NCBI GenBank assembly: GCA_047516945.1
Contig: JAKZTU010000001.1
Span: 1 to 48,227 of the forward strand
Length of the DNA: 48,227 nt
Direction: 5' to 3'
From: Acidimicrobiales bacterium
Lineage (GTDB): Bacteria > Actinomycetota > Acidimicrobiia > Acidimicrobiales > Aldehydirespiratoraceae
Position 1 is the stretch's first letter. Every line of letters starts with the position of its first letter. The notes under the pieces are model-generated. The model was not told the DNA's origin, did no database searches, and was given only the letters and a program-made list of their open reading frames with translations. The position numbers and the translations under genes are program-made. Below, one piece after another: positions 19,003 to 29,353 of this stretch.

Positions 19003-19780
19003 GACCCGTGTCAGTGTGATCGTGTCCTTGCTGGCCGTGATGCCCGTGGTCGTCCAGCACGAGCATGCCCTGATCGTGTTTGTGATCTCGGTGGTCTCCC
19101 AGTAGACGTTCGCCGAAAGCCTCCCTGAGACGCTCCTCGGTGAGCATTTCTTGTGGGCTGCCAGCCCCGATGAGCCTGTTGGCAAGCAACATCACAGAAT
19201 CACAGTGCCGGGCTTCGTCAAGGTGGTGTGTGGTGATGATCACTACCGCTCCTTGACGAGAATAATCTTCGATCACCGAAAGGATCCGGTCTTGGCTTGG
19301 GATGTCCAGTCCTGTTATTGGCTCATCCAGCAGGAGTATTTCGGGTTCGGAGGCCAGCACTTGGGCAATCCTCACCCGCTGCTGTTGTCCACCGCTGAGT
19401 TCGCCGAAACTGTGATTCAAGAGATGGTTGATGTTGAGGCGCTCGCCGGCGGCGTGCATGGCTGCTCGGTCAGCGGCCTTGAGCCGGCCGGTTAGGCCCC
19501 GCTCGCGATATCTGCCCATTGCTAACACTTCGTTGGGGGTGAGAGGCATCCAGGTGGCGGGCAGGTGTTGGCAGACGTATGCAAGCCGGTCGGGTACGCC
19601 ATCGATCTGTCCGGAGGTGGGGTGTATCAATCCAGCGATGCTCTCCAGCATTGTGGTCTTGCCCGAGCCGTTGACTCCCATGACCGCGGTGGATGTGCCG
19701 GGTTCGAACCTGTGGGTGACATCGTCGAGCGCGTTGAAGTCGTCGAATCGAACGGTCAGGTTCTCAACTTTCACGGCCAT
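18962..19780 (-). CDS. znuC: Zn/Mn ABC transporter ATP-binding protein
   Basis: GVNGSGKTT, LSGGQQQR, LLLDEP, and a His-rich C-terminus. Confidence 0.85.
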   Translation of the reverse strand: MAVKVENLTVRFDDFNALDDVTHRFEPGTSTAVMGVNGSGKTTMLESIAGLIHPTSGQIDGVPDRLAYVCQHLPATWMPLTPNEVLAMGRYRERGLTGRLKAADRAAMHAAGERLNINHLLNHSFGELSGGQQQRVRIAQVLASEPEILLLDEPITGLDIPSQDRILSVIEDYSRQGAVVIITTHHLDEARHCDSVMLLANRLIGAGSPQEMLTEERLREAFGERLLGDHRDHKHDQGMLVLDDHGHHGQQGHDHTDTGPTRGFGRTQREQH

Positions 19781-19795
19781 CTTCACGCAGTCAGA

Positions 19796-20836
19796 CTAGT
19801 TGGGCTGTGCAGAGGAAAACCGACGGCTTCTCCGGCCCGTTCTGCTCGGCAGAAAGTCCGCACCGCAGCTGTCCTCAGCACAGTCAGTACCGAAAGATTC
19901 GAATTGGAAGGTTGTGTGTGTGATTCCGTGTTCCTGCTCAGCGATGCACCGGATCTCAACCAGCAGTTCCTCTTGATCGCGGGGCCGGTCGGGGTCGATG
20001 AGAACATGAGCCGTCAGCGACACGAAACCTGATGTCACCGTCCATGCATGGACATCGTGAATCGCATCCACACCCGGCACGTTCTCCATGTCCGAGCGCA
20101 GCTTGTGCAAATCAAGATCCTCCGGTACGCCCTCCATCAACACGGCAAGCACCGTCTTGGCGAGATTCCAAGAACCGATGAGGATTAGCAGCACGATCAA
20201 GACGCTGATGATCGGGTCGACGATGACAATCCACTCAACCTCACGCCACACCAAGATGATGATTCCTGAGAGCAGGACGCCGACCGAGCCCATGATGTCG
20301 GCCATGACGTGTTGCAGAGCGCCCTTGACGTTGATGCTTTGTTTTGATGGGCCGCGCAGCATATGAGCCACGGCGATGTTCACGAACATACCGATGCCGC
20401 CGACGACGAGAACGGTGGCTCCTTCGACCTCCGTTTCTCGCCAGCTATTTAAGCGGTTGATCGCCTCCCACATGATCCAGCCCGAGATCAGCCATAACGA
20501 CACGACGTTGACCCCGGCCGCCAGAATCTCGGCGCGGTTGCTGCCGTAGGTGCGCTTGGCCGAGGCTGGCCGTTTGGCCAGCCGGATGGCGAAGAGCGCC
20601 AAAGCGATGGAAGCGCTGTCGGTAAGCATGTGGCCCGCGTCGGCGATCAGCGCCAGGCTTCCCGAGATCAGGCCTCCTAGGACCTCGACGACCATGAAGA
20701 GGCCTGTGATCGCGAGCGCGCCGACAAGGACGCGTCGCGATGCCTCTCTCAGATCGTGATGGTCCTGCCCGTTGTTCTGGTTGCTGCTGTCGCCTGGGGC
20801 GGATCGAGCCCTGCGTCTACGCAGTCTGCGAGCCAT
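19796..20836 (-). CDS. Cation diffusion facilitator (CzcD/ZitB-like)
   Basis: SGSLALIADAGHMLTD, NVKGALQHVMAD, IHDVHAW and HTTFQFE. Confidence 0.92.
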   Translation of the reverse strand: MARRLRRRRARSAPGDSSNQNNGQDHHDLREASRRVLVGALAITGLFMVVEVLGGLISGSLALIADAGHMLTDSASIALALFAIRLAKRPASAKRTYGSNRAEILAAGVNVVSLWLISGWIMWEAINRLNSWRETEVEGATVLVVGGIGMFVNIAVAHMLRGPSKQSINVKGALQHVMADIMGSVGVLLSGIIILVWREVEWIVIVDPIISVLIVLLILIGSWNLAKTVLAVLMEGVPEDLDLHKLRSDMENVPGVDAIHDVHAWTVTSGFVSLTAHVLIDPDRPRDQEELLVEIRCIAEQEHGITHTTFQFESFGTDCAEDSCGADFLPSRTGRRSRRFSSAQPN

Positions 20837-20960
20837 GGCATTCCTAACCGGGGTATTGATGGGCTACCAACCTTGATTCCAGTATGCCCAGTTGATTCAG
20901 AAAGAAGCAAGGTTCGGACTACACCTCAGTGGTGGTGACGAGCCGTCAGCGGTCCAACTT

Positions 20961-21437
20961 TCAGACGAGACCCTCGCATTTTTCACAGTGACCGTGAAGG
21001 TCAAGGCTGTGATGAAGGGGCTTGAAACTGGCGCGGGTAGCGACCAGGTTGAGGTTCTGATCCAGCAACTCCTCGATTGCATCGTCGAGACGGACATCTT
21101 CGATAACGCCGCAGTTAACGCATACGAGGTGATGGTGGTGTGAGAGCAATGGCTCGGCCAATTCGAAGTGGGCATGGCCGCCGCCGCTGGTTATGCGATT
21201 GACAATACCGCATCGCTCTAGGACTTCAAGGTTGCGGTAGACGGAACTGGAGGCCAGATCGGGCGCGATTGCGACGATGTCGGGCAGCGTGAGCGGTTGG
21301 CTCGATCCAGCTAATGCATCGACAAGACGGTGGCGCCCGGTTGTATAGCGGTGGTTGTCGTTGGAGAGTCGCTTGTGCACAAAAGCATGATGTTTAAAGG
21401 ACTGGTCGTCGGGTCGGGTTGCTGTTGGCTTTTCCAT
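20961..21437 (-). CDS. Fur-family regulator (Zur-like)
   Basis: SSVYRNLEVLE, HHHHLVCVNCG and HGHCEKC. Divergent from the metal-binding protein gene. Confidence 0.88.
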   Translation of the reverse strand: MEKPTATRPDDQSFKHHAFVHKRLSNDNHRYTTGRHRLVDALAGSSQPLTLPDIVAIAPDLASSSVYRNLEVLERCGIVNRITSGGGHAHFELAEPLLSHHHHLVCVNCGVIEDVRLDDAIEELLDQNLNLVATRASFKPLHHSLDLHGHCEKCEGLV

Positions 21438-21453
21438 CAGGGGTTTGAAATCT

Positions 21454-21474
21454 AAATGAGACCCATTATCATTA
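21454..21474. promoter_or_regulatory. Zur/Fur-type box
   Basis: AATGA-GACCCATTA-TCATT (TGA-N9-TCA palindrome) in the AT-rich divergent intergenic region. Confidence 0.65.
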
Positions 21475-21510
21475 TTGCGAGGTCATCAACTCCAAGAAGG
21501 GATCATAGTC

Positions 21511-22542
21511 GTGCGTATCAGACTCGTAGCTGACGACTCTCGACCACTCCTAGCGAGTCGGCAACTACTGCGAACCATATTGGTGATCACGGGGCTGGCT
21601 CTAGTGATAGCTGGATGCGCAGATGACTCATCGGATGGGGAATCGTCGGGTGATGCCGTCGCTACTGTTCCTACGGTTCTAGCGACAACTGGTATCTGGT
21701 CAGACATCGTTTCGAACGTGGCTTGTGGCGGAATCGTTGATGTGGAGACGATTATCCCGGTCGGCGGTGATCCCCACGGGTTTGAGCCGTCGCTTCAAGA
21801 CCGTGAGCGCATGGAGAACGCCGCCCTAGTGGTGGCCAACGGCCTTGACCTGGAAGAACGCCTCGAAGATACCTTGGCAGCAGTTGAGGACTCCGGCACC
21901 CCCGTGTTCGAAGCCGCCGAGCACGCTGAAGCGATCTCCTTCTCGTCGGAGTTGAGCGAACATCACAGCGACGATTCCGAAAATGATGTCGACGAAGAAG
22001 ATGACCACACGGGCGCTGGGGATCCGCATGTATGGTTCGATCCACAGCGGGTCTCGGAAATACTTCCCGAACTCGCCCATCGCTTGACCACCGATGTGGG
22101 ACTCGCGACCGATGCCATCGAGGAGTGCCTGCGTGACTACCAAGCCGAACTCGCAGCGGTTGATGGTGAAATTATGGAGCTAGTCGAGCGAGTGTCTGCC
22201 GACAGCCGCAAACTAGTAACCAACCATGACGCTCTGGGTTACTTCGCCAATCGCTACGGATTCGAGATTATCGGGACAGTGATCCCCACGGGAGCAATAT
22301 CTGAGACAAGCCCCGCCCAGCTTGAGGCGTTGGCTGAAACCATCGAACACGAGGGGGTCAAGGCAATATTTGCCGAGACTCTGCACTCCACCGACGTCGC
22401 CGACACACTTGCGTCGCGGGTCGACGACGTCGAGGTCGTGACGCTTTATACTGGCAGCCTCGGCCCACCGGGCAGTGGCGCAGAGGACTATGTCGGGTTC
22501 ATGCGCACCAATGCACGTCTGATAGTCGACGCGCTCGGTTAG
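21511..22542 (+). CDS. znuA: Zn/Mn ABC transporter substrate-binding lipoprotein
   Basis: Lipobox VIAGC, GGDPHGFEP, acidic/His loop, DPHVWFDP and VTNHDALGYF. Start position approximate. Confidence 0.88.
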   Translation: MRIRLVADDSRPLLASRQLLRTILVITGLALVIAGCADDSSDGESSGDAVATVPTVLATTGIWSDIVSNVACGGIVDVETIIPVGGDPHGFEPSLQDRERMENAALVVANGLDLEERLEDTLAAVEDSGTPVFEAAEHAEAISFSSELSEHHSDDSENDVDEEDDHTGAGDPHVWFDPQRVSEILPELAHRLTTDVGLATDAIEECLRDYQAELAAVDGEIMELVERVSADSRKLVTNHDALGYFANRYGFEIIGTVIPTGAISETSPAQLEALAETIEHEGVKAIFAETLHSTDVADTLASRVDDVEVVTLYTGSLGPPGSGAEDYVGFMRTNARLIVDALG

Positions 22543-22550
22543 AACTGACT

Positions 22551-23408
22551 GTGGAGTTTCTGACCGACCCAGTGACGTGGTGGATAGATCCATTCACGTC
22601 CAACTCATTCATGCGAAACGCGCTCTACGCGGGCTTGCTTGTGGTACTCACCACCTCGGTTGTGGGCACTTGGGTCGTGTTGCGTGGGATGAGCTTTTTG
22701 GGCGATGCCCTGGCACACGGCGTGCTCCCCGGCATCGCTATAGCGTTCATCATCGGTGTGAACACCACAATCGGAGCGTTTGTTGCAGCCTTGGTGATGG
22801 TGTTGGGTATCAACTTGATCCGAAATCATTCGCCGCTCCCCGAAGACGCCTCAATTGGAGTGCTCTTCGTGGGTTTCCTGGCTCTGGCAGTGGTGATCAT
22901 GTCGAGTTCGTCGGGGTCATACACGGGTGACCTCAATCGCTTTCTGTTCGGCTCGATCACCGGAGTCGACTCTGGAGACCTTCGGCGTCAAGCAATCGCG
23001 GCGGTGATCTCGCTGGCTGGCGTGACTGTTTTTTATCGAGCGTTTCTGGTGATGACTTTCGACGAAGCCCAGGCACAGGTCTTGGGTCTGCGCCCCCGTC
23101 TAGCGCACGCGATGCTGCTGGTGTTGCTGGTGATCTCAATCGTTTCGTCTTTCGAAGCGGTCGGGAACCTATTGGTGTTCGCCTTTTTGATCGCGCCGCC
23201 CGCTACTGCGGTGCTGCTGGTAAGGAGAGTGCCGCGCATCATGATCGTCGCGACTGCTATCGGAGCGGGGTCGACAGTGGTCGGGCTGCTCGTCAGCTAT
23301 CACCACAGCACCGCCGCCGGAGCCACGATGGCCCTTGCAACGGTAGTTGTCTTTCTCGTCGTGCTCACGTCAAAGTCGGTGCTGAATGCAATTGGAGAGC
23401 GTCGCTAG
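22551..23408 (+). CDS. znuB: Zn/Mn ABC transporter permease
   Basis: GTWVVLRGMSFLGDALAHGVLPG, EDASIG and FLFGSI. Confidence 0.9.
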   Translation: MEFLTDPVTWWIDPFTSNSFMRNALYAGLLVVLTTSVVGTWVVLRGMSFLGDALAHGVLPGIAIAFIIGVNTTIGAFVAALVMVLGINLIRNHSPLPEDASIGVLFVGFLALAVVIMSSSSGSYTGDLNRFLFGSITGVDSGDLRRQAIAAVISLAGVTVFYRAFLVMTFDEAQAQVLGLRPRLAHAMLLVLLVISIVSSFEAVGNLLVFAFLIAPPATAVLLVRRVPRIMIVATAIGAGSTVVGLLVSYHHSTAAGATMALATVVVFLVVLTSKSVLNAIGERR

Positions 23409-23426
23409 AACTCAACGCGGCAGACT

Positions 23427-23489
23427 TTGCACACCGGACCCTTGCCCGCCGGACCCTTGCACACCGGACCCTTGCCCGCCGGACCCTTG
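23427..23489. repeat. Tandem repeat, 2 x 30 bp (four alternating 15-bp subunits)
   Basis: TTGCACACCGGACCCTTGCCCGCCGGACCC occurs twice, followed by TTG. Confidence 0.9.
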
Positions 23490-23637
23490 ACCGAAGGCCC
23501 TAGTCTGTTGTGACGGGAAACAACTGGGGAGCGCAACTTGACTTCGACGCATCGCCAACAGATTCTGGGCGAACAGCTTCTTGAGATAATCCGCACGACC
23601 CGGTAGGCCTCTGATTCGAACCGGTTGAGGAGGAAGC

Positions 23638-24426
23638 ATGGATCTATCCACCATCGACTACGCAGTACGTGACCATGTGGCCCATCTGAGGTTCACCCAA
23701 GGTGATAGCGCAAATGTTGTTAACCGGGCCTTCGCTGCGGATTTAAGAGCGGTGATGCTTGAGATCGAGTGGGACGACGATGTGCGTGCCGTGTCGGTTA
23801 CAGCCGAAGGCAAGTTGTTCAGCGCTGGTGGCGATCTCAAAGAGTTCCATTCCAAAGGCGCTGACCTTCCCAAACACGTCGCGGACCTACTCGCAGACTT
23901 CCACACGGCCATCTACAAGATGAACCGCATCCCCAAACCGTTCGTGGCCGGGGTCCGTGGTGGAGTGGGCGGAGCGGGACTCTCGCTGGTCGGGGCTTTC
24001 GATCTAGTCGTATCCGGTGAATCAGCCAAGTACACGATGGCCTACACCCGAGCGGGTATGACACCCGACGGAACTTCTAGCTACTTCGTTGCCCGCCACA
24101 TTGGCGTACGTCGGATGCTCGATCTCACGCTCACCAACCGGACGTTGTCAGCAGCCGAAGCTGAAGCTTGGGGGTTGGTGAACCGGGTGGTGCCCGATGA
24201 TGAGGTCGACGAGGCCACCGAGCAGCTCGCTCAACAACTAGCCGACGGTGCCCCGTATGCGATCGGTAACGCTAAGCGCATCATCTATGAGGGTTACGAG
24301 CGGTCTCTCGAAGAAGCTGGCGAGATTGAAGGCGTGATGATCACAGGCGCAGCCGCAACCAACGACGGCAAGGAAGGAATCGCCGCATTTGTTGAGAAAC
24401 GCCGCCCCAACTTCACCGGTTCCTGA
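23638..24426 (+). CDS. Enoyl-CoA hydratase/isomerase family protein
   Basis: FSAGGDL, GGAG, GMTPDG and EGIAAFVEKRRPNF. Confidence 0.92.
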   Translation: MDLSTIDYAVRDHVAHLRFTQGDSANVVNRAFAADLRAVMLEIEWDDDVRAVSVTAEGKLFSAGGDLKEFHSKGADLPKHVADLLADFHTAIYKMNRIPKPFVAGVRGGVGGAGLSLVGAFDLVVSGESAKYTMAYTRAGMTPDGTSSYFVARHIGVRRMLDLTLTNRTLSAAEAEAWGLVNRVVPDDEVDEATEQLAQQLADGAPYAIGNAKRIIYEGYERSLEEAGEIEGVMITGAAATNDGKEGIAAFVEKRRPNFTGS

Positions 24427-24437
24427 GACCCCCGACC

Positions 24438-25280
24438 TTGACTGACCAGCCGACTTCCCCAACGAACAGGCAACCTAGCGTCGAGCGCTACACGCACGGG
24501 TACCACGAGGTGATCGTGGGGTCATACACTCGCCGTACCGCGGAGACGTGCGCGGGCTTTCTGCTGCCTCGCCTGCAACCGGACACAGTGCTACTCGATT
24601 TGGGTTGTGGCCCCGGCACGATCACCGCGGGCCTGGCTCGGCGGGTCGGGCGCGCGGTTGGACTGGACGCATCCGCGGAGATGGTCGACGCTGCACAAGA
24701 GCACGCTGCAGACTGCGGGATCGGCAATGCTGCCTTTGAGGTCGGTTCGGCTTACGACCTGCCATTCAGCGATGACAGCTTCGACGTGGTGTACGCCCAT
24801 CAGGTGTTCCAGCATCTGTCGCAACCCGTCGAGGCACTGCGGGAAGTCCGCCGAATCCTGAAACCCGAAGGGATAGTGGCAATTCGTGACTCCGATTACG
24901 AAACGATGATCCACGCTCCAGTGACCGAGGCCATCGTTCGTTGGCGAGAGCTCTATCACCAGGTGTCCAGGTCCAACGGCGGCGAACCGAACGCTGGGCG
25001 GCATTTGTTGTCCTGGGTGACCGAGGCCGGTTTTGCTGATCCGGAAGTCACCACCGACACGGTCACGCATGCGACTCCCGAAGGGCGAACGGCTTGGGGC
25101 GAGATGTGGGCGGTGCGAGTCGTAGACAGCGACTTTGCCCGTCACGCGGTAGACCACGGGCTCTCCACCCGAGCAGAACTGCAGCAAATATCGGACGCCT
25201 TTCGCCACTGGACGAGCGAACCCACCGGTTTCTGGGCCTACCTCTGCGGCGAAGTCATTGCCACCTGCCCCTCAACTTGA
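24438..25280 (+). CDS. Class I SAM-dependent methyltransferase (UbiE-like)
   Basis: YTHGYHE, LLDLGCGPGTIT, FDVVYAHQVFQHL and RDSDY. Confidence 0.9.
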   Translation: MTDQPTSPTNRQPSVERYTHGYHEVIVGSYTRRTAETCAGFLLPRLQPDTVLLDLGCGPGTITAGLARRVGRAVGLDASAEMVDAAQEHAADCGIGNAAFEVGSAYDLPFSDDSFDVVYAHQVFQHLSQPVEALREVRRILKPEGIVAIRDSDYETMIHAPVTEAIVRWRELYHQVSRSNGGEPNAGRHLLSWVTEAGFADPEVTTDTVTHATPEGRTAWGEMWAVRVVDSDFARHAVDHGLSTRAELQQISDAFRHWTSEPTGFWAYLCGEVIATCPST

Positions 25281-25566
25281 CCAGACTGGAGTTCTTGTCC
25301 TGCCCAGCAGTCTGCTGAGTGATCTGCGGGATCGTTCGGCGAAACCATCCGTCGACGGTTCGGATTGCCCAGTAGGTCCGCCCGGTCGGGTCGCGTTCGA
25401 CTATCGGATATCCGTTATCGCCTCACGACACGCCCAGCACCTCAGGCTGACCGTCGACATCAACACCGATCCACGCCCGGCCCTGCTCGATAAGCGCCGA
25501 GGCATGGACGTTGCGTTAACCTCGTACGGGCCGGGCATGTCTCAACACAGGACCCGCTCGCCGCCG

Positions 25567-26271
25567 CAACTGTCCAACATCCTTGAACTCGCGGGTATGG
25601 GCAAACACATCGACTTCGACGAACAGGTCACGTCAAGCGATAACAAGGCCCGCCCGGATGTGGTCGTCAAAATCCCAGGCGGAGCGAAAGTCCCCATCGA
25701 CGCGAAGTTCCCGCTGGTAACTGACCAAGAACATGCCACGGATCAAGTCAACGACGAAACCCGCCGCGAGTACGCCAACCGGATCCTCAACCACGCCAAA
25801 GAATTGGGGAAACGGAACTATCCCGACGCGTTGGACGCCGTGTTGGATTTCACTGTGATGTTCCTTCCGGTCGCTCCCATCCTCGACGAAGCGTTGACAG
25901 CCAACCCGGATCTGTGGGACAAGGCGTTGAGAGACCATCAGGTACTGATCGCGACTCCCTGGATGCTCGTTGCGTTCCTGCGCACCGTTTCGGTGTCGTG
26001 GCAACAAGACGAGATGGCCAAGAACACCAAAGAAATCCTCAAAGCTGGTACGGAGATGCTTGACAGGCTGCGGGTCTACGCCGAGCATGTTGACAGAGTG
26101 GGAGTCAACCTGCGTCAGGTGATGGACGCCCACAACAGCAGCGTTTCGTCGCTGGAGGCTAGAGTGTTCCCTCAGGCGAAACGGTTCGAGCAGTACGGAG
26201 TCACCGCACCCAAACCGATACCCGAGTTAGAACAACTCGACACCACACCCAAATCGTTCCGTACTCCCTGA
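25567..26271 (+). pseudogene. rmuC: RmuC nuclease-like domain, N-terminally truncated
   Basis: QLSNILELAGM..DFDEQ..RPDVVVKIPGG..IDAKFPL, FTVMFLP and VLIATP. The usual RGxWGE motif and the coiled-coil/TM N-terminus are absent. Confidence 0.75.
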
Positions 26272-26291
26272 ACGACCGACCGAACCGCCTG

Positions 26292-28178
26292 ATGAGCAAC
26301 CAAAACCCCGCTGAGCAGCGGCTCGCTAAAACCAGCAGAAGCGGGCATCAACGGTTGATCACCTACGACGACACCGGACGGGAACTCAACCCGACCAGCG
26401 AATCAGACTGGGACGGCTGGGTTGGGGCGACAGATACCCGTAACTTCATGCTGCAGAACCCGTTGCTTGACTGGCTTGACCGCTGCGGCGAATCAAAAGA
26501 GTTCGTGCCTGACTCGCCAGATCATCGCACAGACTATGTGACGTTCCTGTTCAAAAAAGGCCAACAGTTCGAGCGGACTGTTGTAGCGCATCTACAGCAT
26601 TTGGGAATCGGGGAGGTCCGGGCGGTCACAGGCACCGAGCAGTGTCTAGGGGTTCGTGACCTTCAAGCAGCGACCAACACCTACGCAGCAATGAGCGAGG
26701 GGGTCGAAATCATCCACCAAGGTGTGCTGCGTGACCCTCAGAATCGTTGCTTCGGGTCACCTGACCTGTTGATCCGCAGCGACATCCTCACCTTGTTGTT
26801 CGGTAACGCCCTAAGCGAACAAGAAGCCACGATCCCAGCACCAAACCTTGATATCGGCGTGCATTACGTTGTGGTCGACATCAAATACACCACTCTCGAA
26901 TTGACCGCGAGAGGATTGCTCAACTCCAGCAGAAACAACCCTGCTTACAAAGCCCAGTTACACATCTACAACCGTGCGCTTGGCAGGCTGCAGGGTTTCG
27001 TCCCGCCACAGTCGTTTCTGTTGGGGCGGGGATGGAAACAAACAGTCAACAAACAAACCCTGCGGGGCAGATCGGCGATGGAACGCCTCGGGCCTGTCCC
27101 CCACAACGACAACGTACGCAAACAGCCCGTCGGTGCGCTCGTTCACGCGGCCGTTGACTGGCTGCTGCGAATGCGCAGCCACGGCGACGCGTGGACCATT
27201 GACCCGCCGTCCGTTGACGAACTCCGTCCGAACACGAACGCCGACAACGGGCGCTGGGCGACCGTATCCAAAGATTTCGCCACCAGGACCGGGGACCTCA
27301 CAGCGCTTCCTAACTTCAGTGTGCCTCAACGAATAGCTGCGGCCGCCGCTGGGCTCACTGACTGGCGCGACCCCGCGGTGAACGCAGCGTCGTTGGGTGT
27401 CACGGGCCCCGTAACAGCCCGAGTGCTAGATGCCGTGCTCGACGTGAACCAAACGCCAGCCAACACCCCGGTCCGTCCAGCGCACGTAGCTGCGGCTCGC
27501 GATGAGTGGATCGACGTGCCACCATTGGAGTTCTACGTCGACTTCGAGACGGTCAACAACACCGACGACGACTTCGCTGCGTTCCCTCAGCAGAACGGGC
27601 AACCGCTTGTGTTCATGGTCGGCTGCGGGCACGCAGAAGACAACGAATGGCGTTTCGAGTGCTTCGTAGCTGACACGCTGAGCGAACACGCAGAAGCCGA
27701 CATGATGGATCAGTGGATATCTCACATGGCTGAGACAACCAGCAAAATCGCCCCAGACACGAACCCGAAACTGATCCACTGGTCAGCAGCGGAGCCCTCA
27801 ATGCTCGAATCGGCGTACAACTCAGCCGTGAACCGTCACGGCGGTGCCGGAAGCGTCTGGTCAACGCTGCGATGGTTCGATCTGTTGACAGCAACCATCA
27901 GGAAAGAACCGGTTGTTGTTCACGGTGCTCTGTCTTTCAACCTCAAAGCGTTCGCCAACGCTCTTCACTCGTTGGGTCTCATCGAAACACAATGGCAAAC
28001 CGGACCAGCCGACGGTTTAGGGGCAATGACAGGCGCGTGGTGGTGTCAACACCAAATCGACGTTGGGGAGCATCAACGGTTGATCGACATTGACCTCATG
28101 GGAGAAATCCGTGACTACAACGAGGTTGACTGTCGCGTTATGTGGGAAATCCTGTCGTATCTGCGCGCCAACCACTAA
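26292..28178 (+). CDS. TM0106-like RecB-family nuclease with C-terminal RNase H-like domain
   Basis: KGQQFE, GSPDLLIR..VVVDIK, QLHIYN, FYVDFET and YNEVDC. Confidence 0.82.
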   Translation: MSNQNPAEQRLAKTSRSGHQRLITYDDTGRELNPTSESDWDGWVGATDTRNFMLQNPLLDWLDRCGESKEFVPDSPDHRTDYVTFLFKKGQQFERTVVAHLQHLGIGEVRAVTGTEQCLGVRDLQAATNTYAAMSEGVEIIHQGVLRDPQNRCFGSPDLLIRSDILTLLFGNALSEQEATIPAPNLDIGVHYVVVDIKYTTLELTARGLLNSSRNNPAYKAQLHIYNRALGRLQGFVPPQSFLLGRGWKQTVNKQTLRGRSAMERLGPVPHNDNVRKQPVGALVHAAVDWLLRMRSHGDAWTIDPPSVDELRPNTNADNGRWATVSKDFATRTGDLTALPNFSVPQRIAAAAAGLTDWRDPAVNAASLGVTGPVTARVLDAVLDVNQTPANTPVRPAHVAAARDEWIDVPPLEFYVDFETVNNTDDDFAAFPQQNGQPLVFMVGCGHAEDNEWRFECFVADTLSEHAEADMMDQWISHMAETTSKIAPDTNPKLIHWSAAEPSMLESAYNSAVNRHGGAGSVWSTLRWFDLLTATIRKEPVVVHGALSFNLKAFANALHSLGLIETQWQTGPADGLGAMTGAWWCQHQIDVGEHQRLIDIDLMGEIRDYNEVDCRVMWEILSYLRANH

Positions 28179-28580
28179 CCCACCTGTGTCTGCTCCGCAT
28201 CAAGCCTTCGCGGTGCGGTCAGTGTTTGTGCCCAGCCGCGCACCGTCCGCCCCGACCGGGGTGAGGATGGGAGCACCGCCCTGTCTTTGACTTGTTGCGC
28301 GCTCCACATTTTCCCAACACTGTCTGACTCTGTTCTGGCTGGTCTACCGGCCGTCCCCGCGGCGGCCGACGCACGATAGAGGAGAACCAACCTCGCAGGA
28401 GGCGCATCCGACGACCCCTGCGAGCACGCACGAGCATCTCCTTAGCCCAATACTCGTCGCGCGGGCGCAGGCTCCGAACACGCGCAGCTCGCGGCTGCCA
28501 TGATCTCATCAACCTCCGACAGCAGTGCAGGCATCTCGTTGGCGCCGAACCGGCCGTAGCCCTCCAGCGAGAGGCGTCCG

Positions 28581-29015
28581 TCAACCAACTCGGGTAAACC
28601 CGTGGATTCTGTGATCTTCGATGCTCGCGGGGTCGAACCACACCCGATGGTACGCACACGCATCGGGCGCGTTGCTGTGAAGCGTCCAAAGACTAGACAC
28701 GCGCCGCCGGGAGGCGGTCATCGCTATGTTGCGGCGGCTACGATGCGCCCACACCCAACCAGGGACAGGCACACCATCACGGTCACACAACGCGTGAACG
28801 ACTGCAGCAATGCGCGTCAGGTCATGGCGACGACGTGTGAAACGGTGGTACCAGCGATGTCGGCGAGGCGGTTCCTGCACCATTGCAATGCGGTGAGCGT
28901 GGTCAGCGTGAGCCCATTGCTTACACAACACGCGGAGTTCAACAATACGGCCGCGCTTGTCGTCATCGGCCATCCAGCGGGGAACTTGGTCGGCGGTGAT
29001 AGTGGGGACGAACAT
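28581..29015 (-). CDS. Hypothetical protein resembling actinobacterial TA-associated antitoxin-like domains
   Basis: RIAAVVHALCDRDGVPVPGWV...NAPDACAYHRVWFD. No partner gene is evident. Confidence 0.45.
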   Translation of the reverse strand: MFVPTITADQVPRWMADDDKRGRIVELRVLCKQWAHADHAHRIAMVQEPPRRHRWYHRFTRRRHDLTRIAAVVHALCDRDGVPVPGWVWAHRSRRNIAMTASRRRVSSLWTLHSNAPDACAYHRVWFDPASIEDHRIHGFTRVG

Positions 29016-29353
29016 GATGGTATGGAGGTGGGATCGGGTTCTCACGACCCATATTAGCGGGTTAGCTTCATCGTGCCTAGAGGGGTAACGCCTGCCCCGA
29101 CCCAGGTGGAGGATGTGAGCACAGAATCCACCACCAGAACAACACCGCAGAGAACGCCACGACAGCGACTAGAACGCGTGACGTTGGTTAGAACCGTTCT
29201 AGGTACGGCTCCCTGTGCTAGTCGCGGGCAGTAGTCAGTATTCGCCGGACGCGATCATTGCTGCGATTTTTTCTGTTTCGAGCATTGGAGTAGTCTCTGG
29301 AGGGTCTGGCGCTGATGGCTGGAGGCGGACGAAAGGAGGACCTCGGGGTGGCG

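Noticed and set aside
23427-23489. Possible CRISPR array
   Set aside because: Units are directly tandem with no unique spacers, and there are no cas genes.
25258-25566. N-terminal 100 aa of the 337-aa RmuC ORF
   Set aside because: Does not resemble RmuC and overlaps the previous gene; likely fortuitous open frame.
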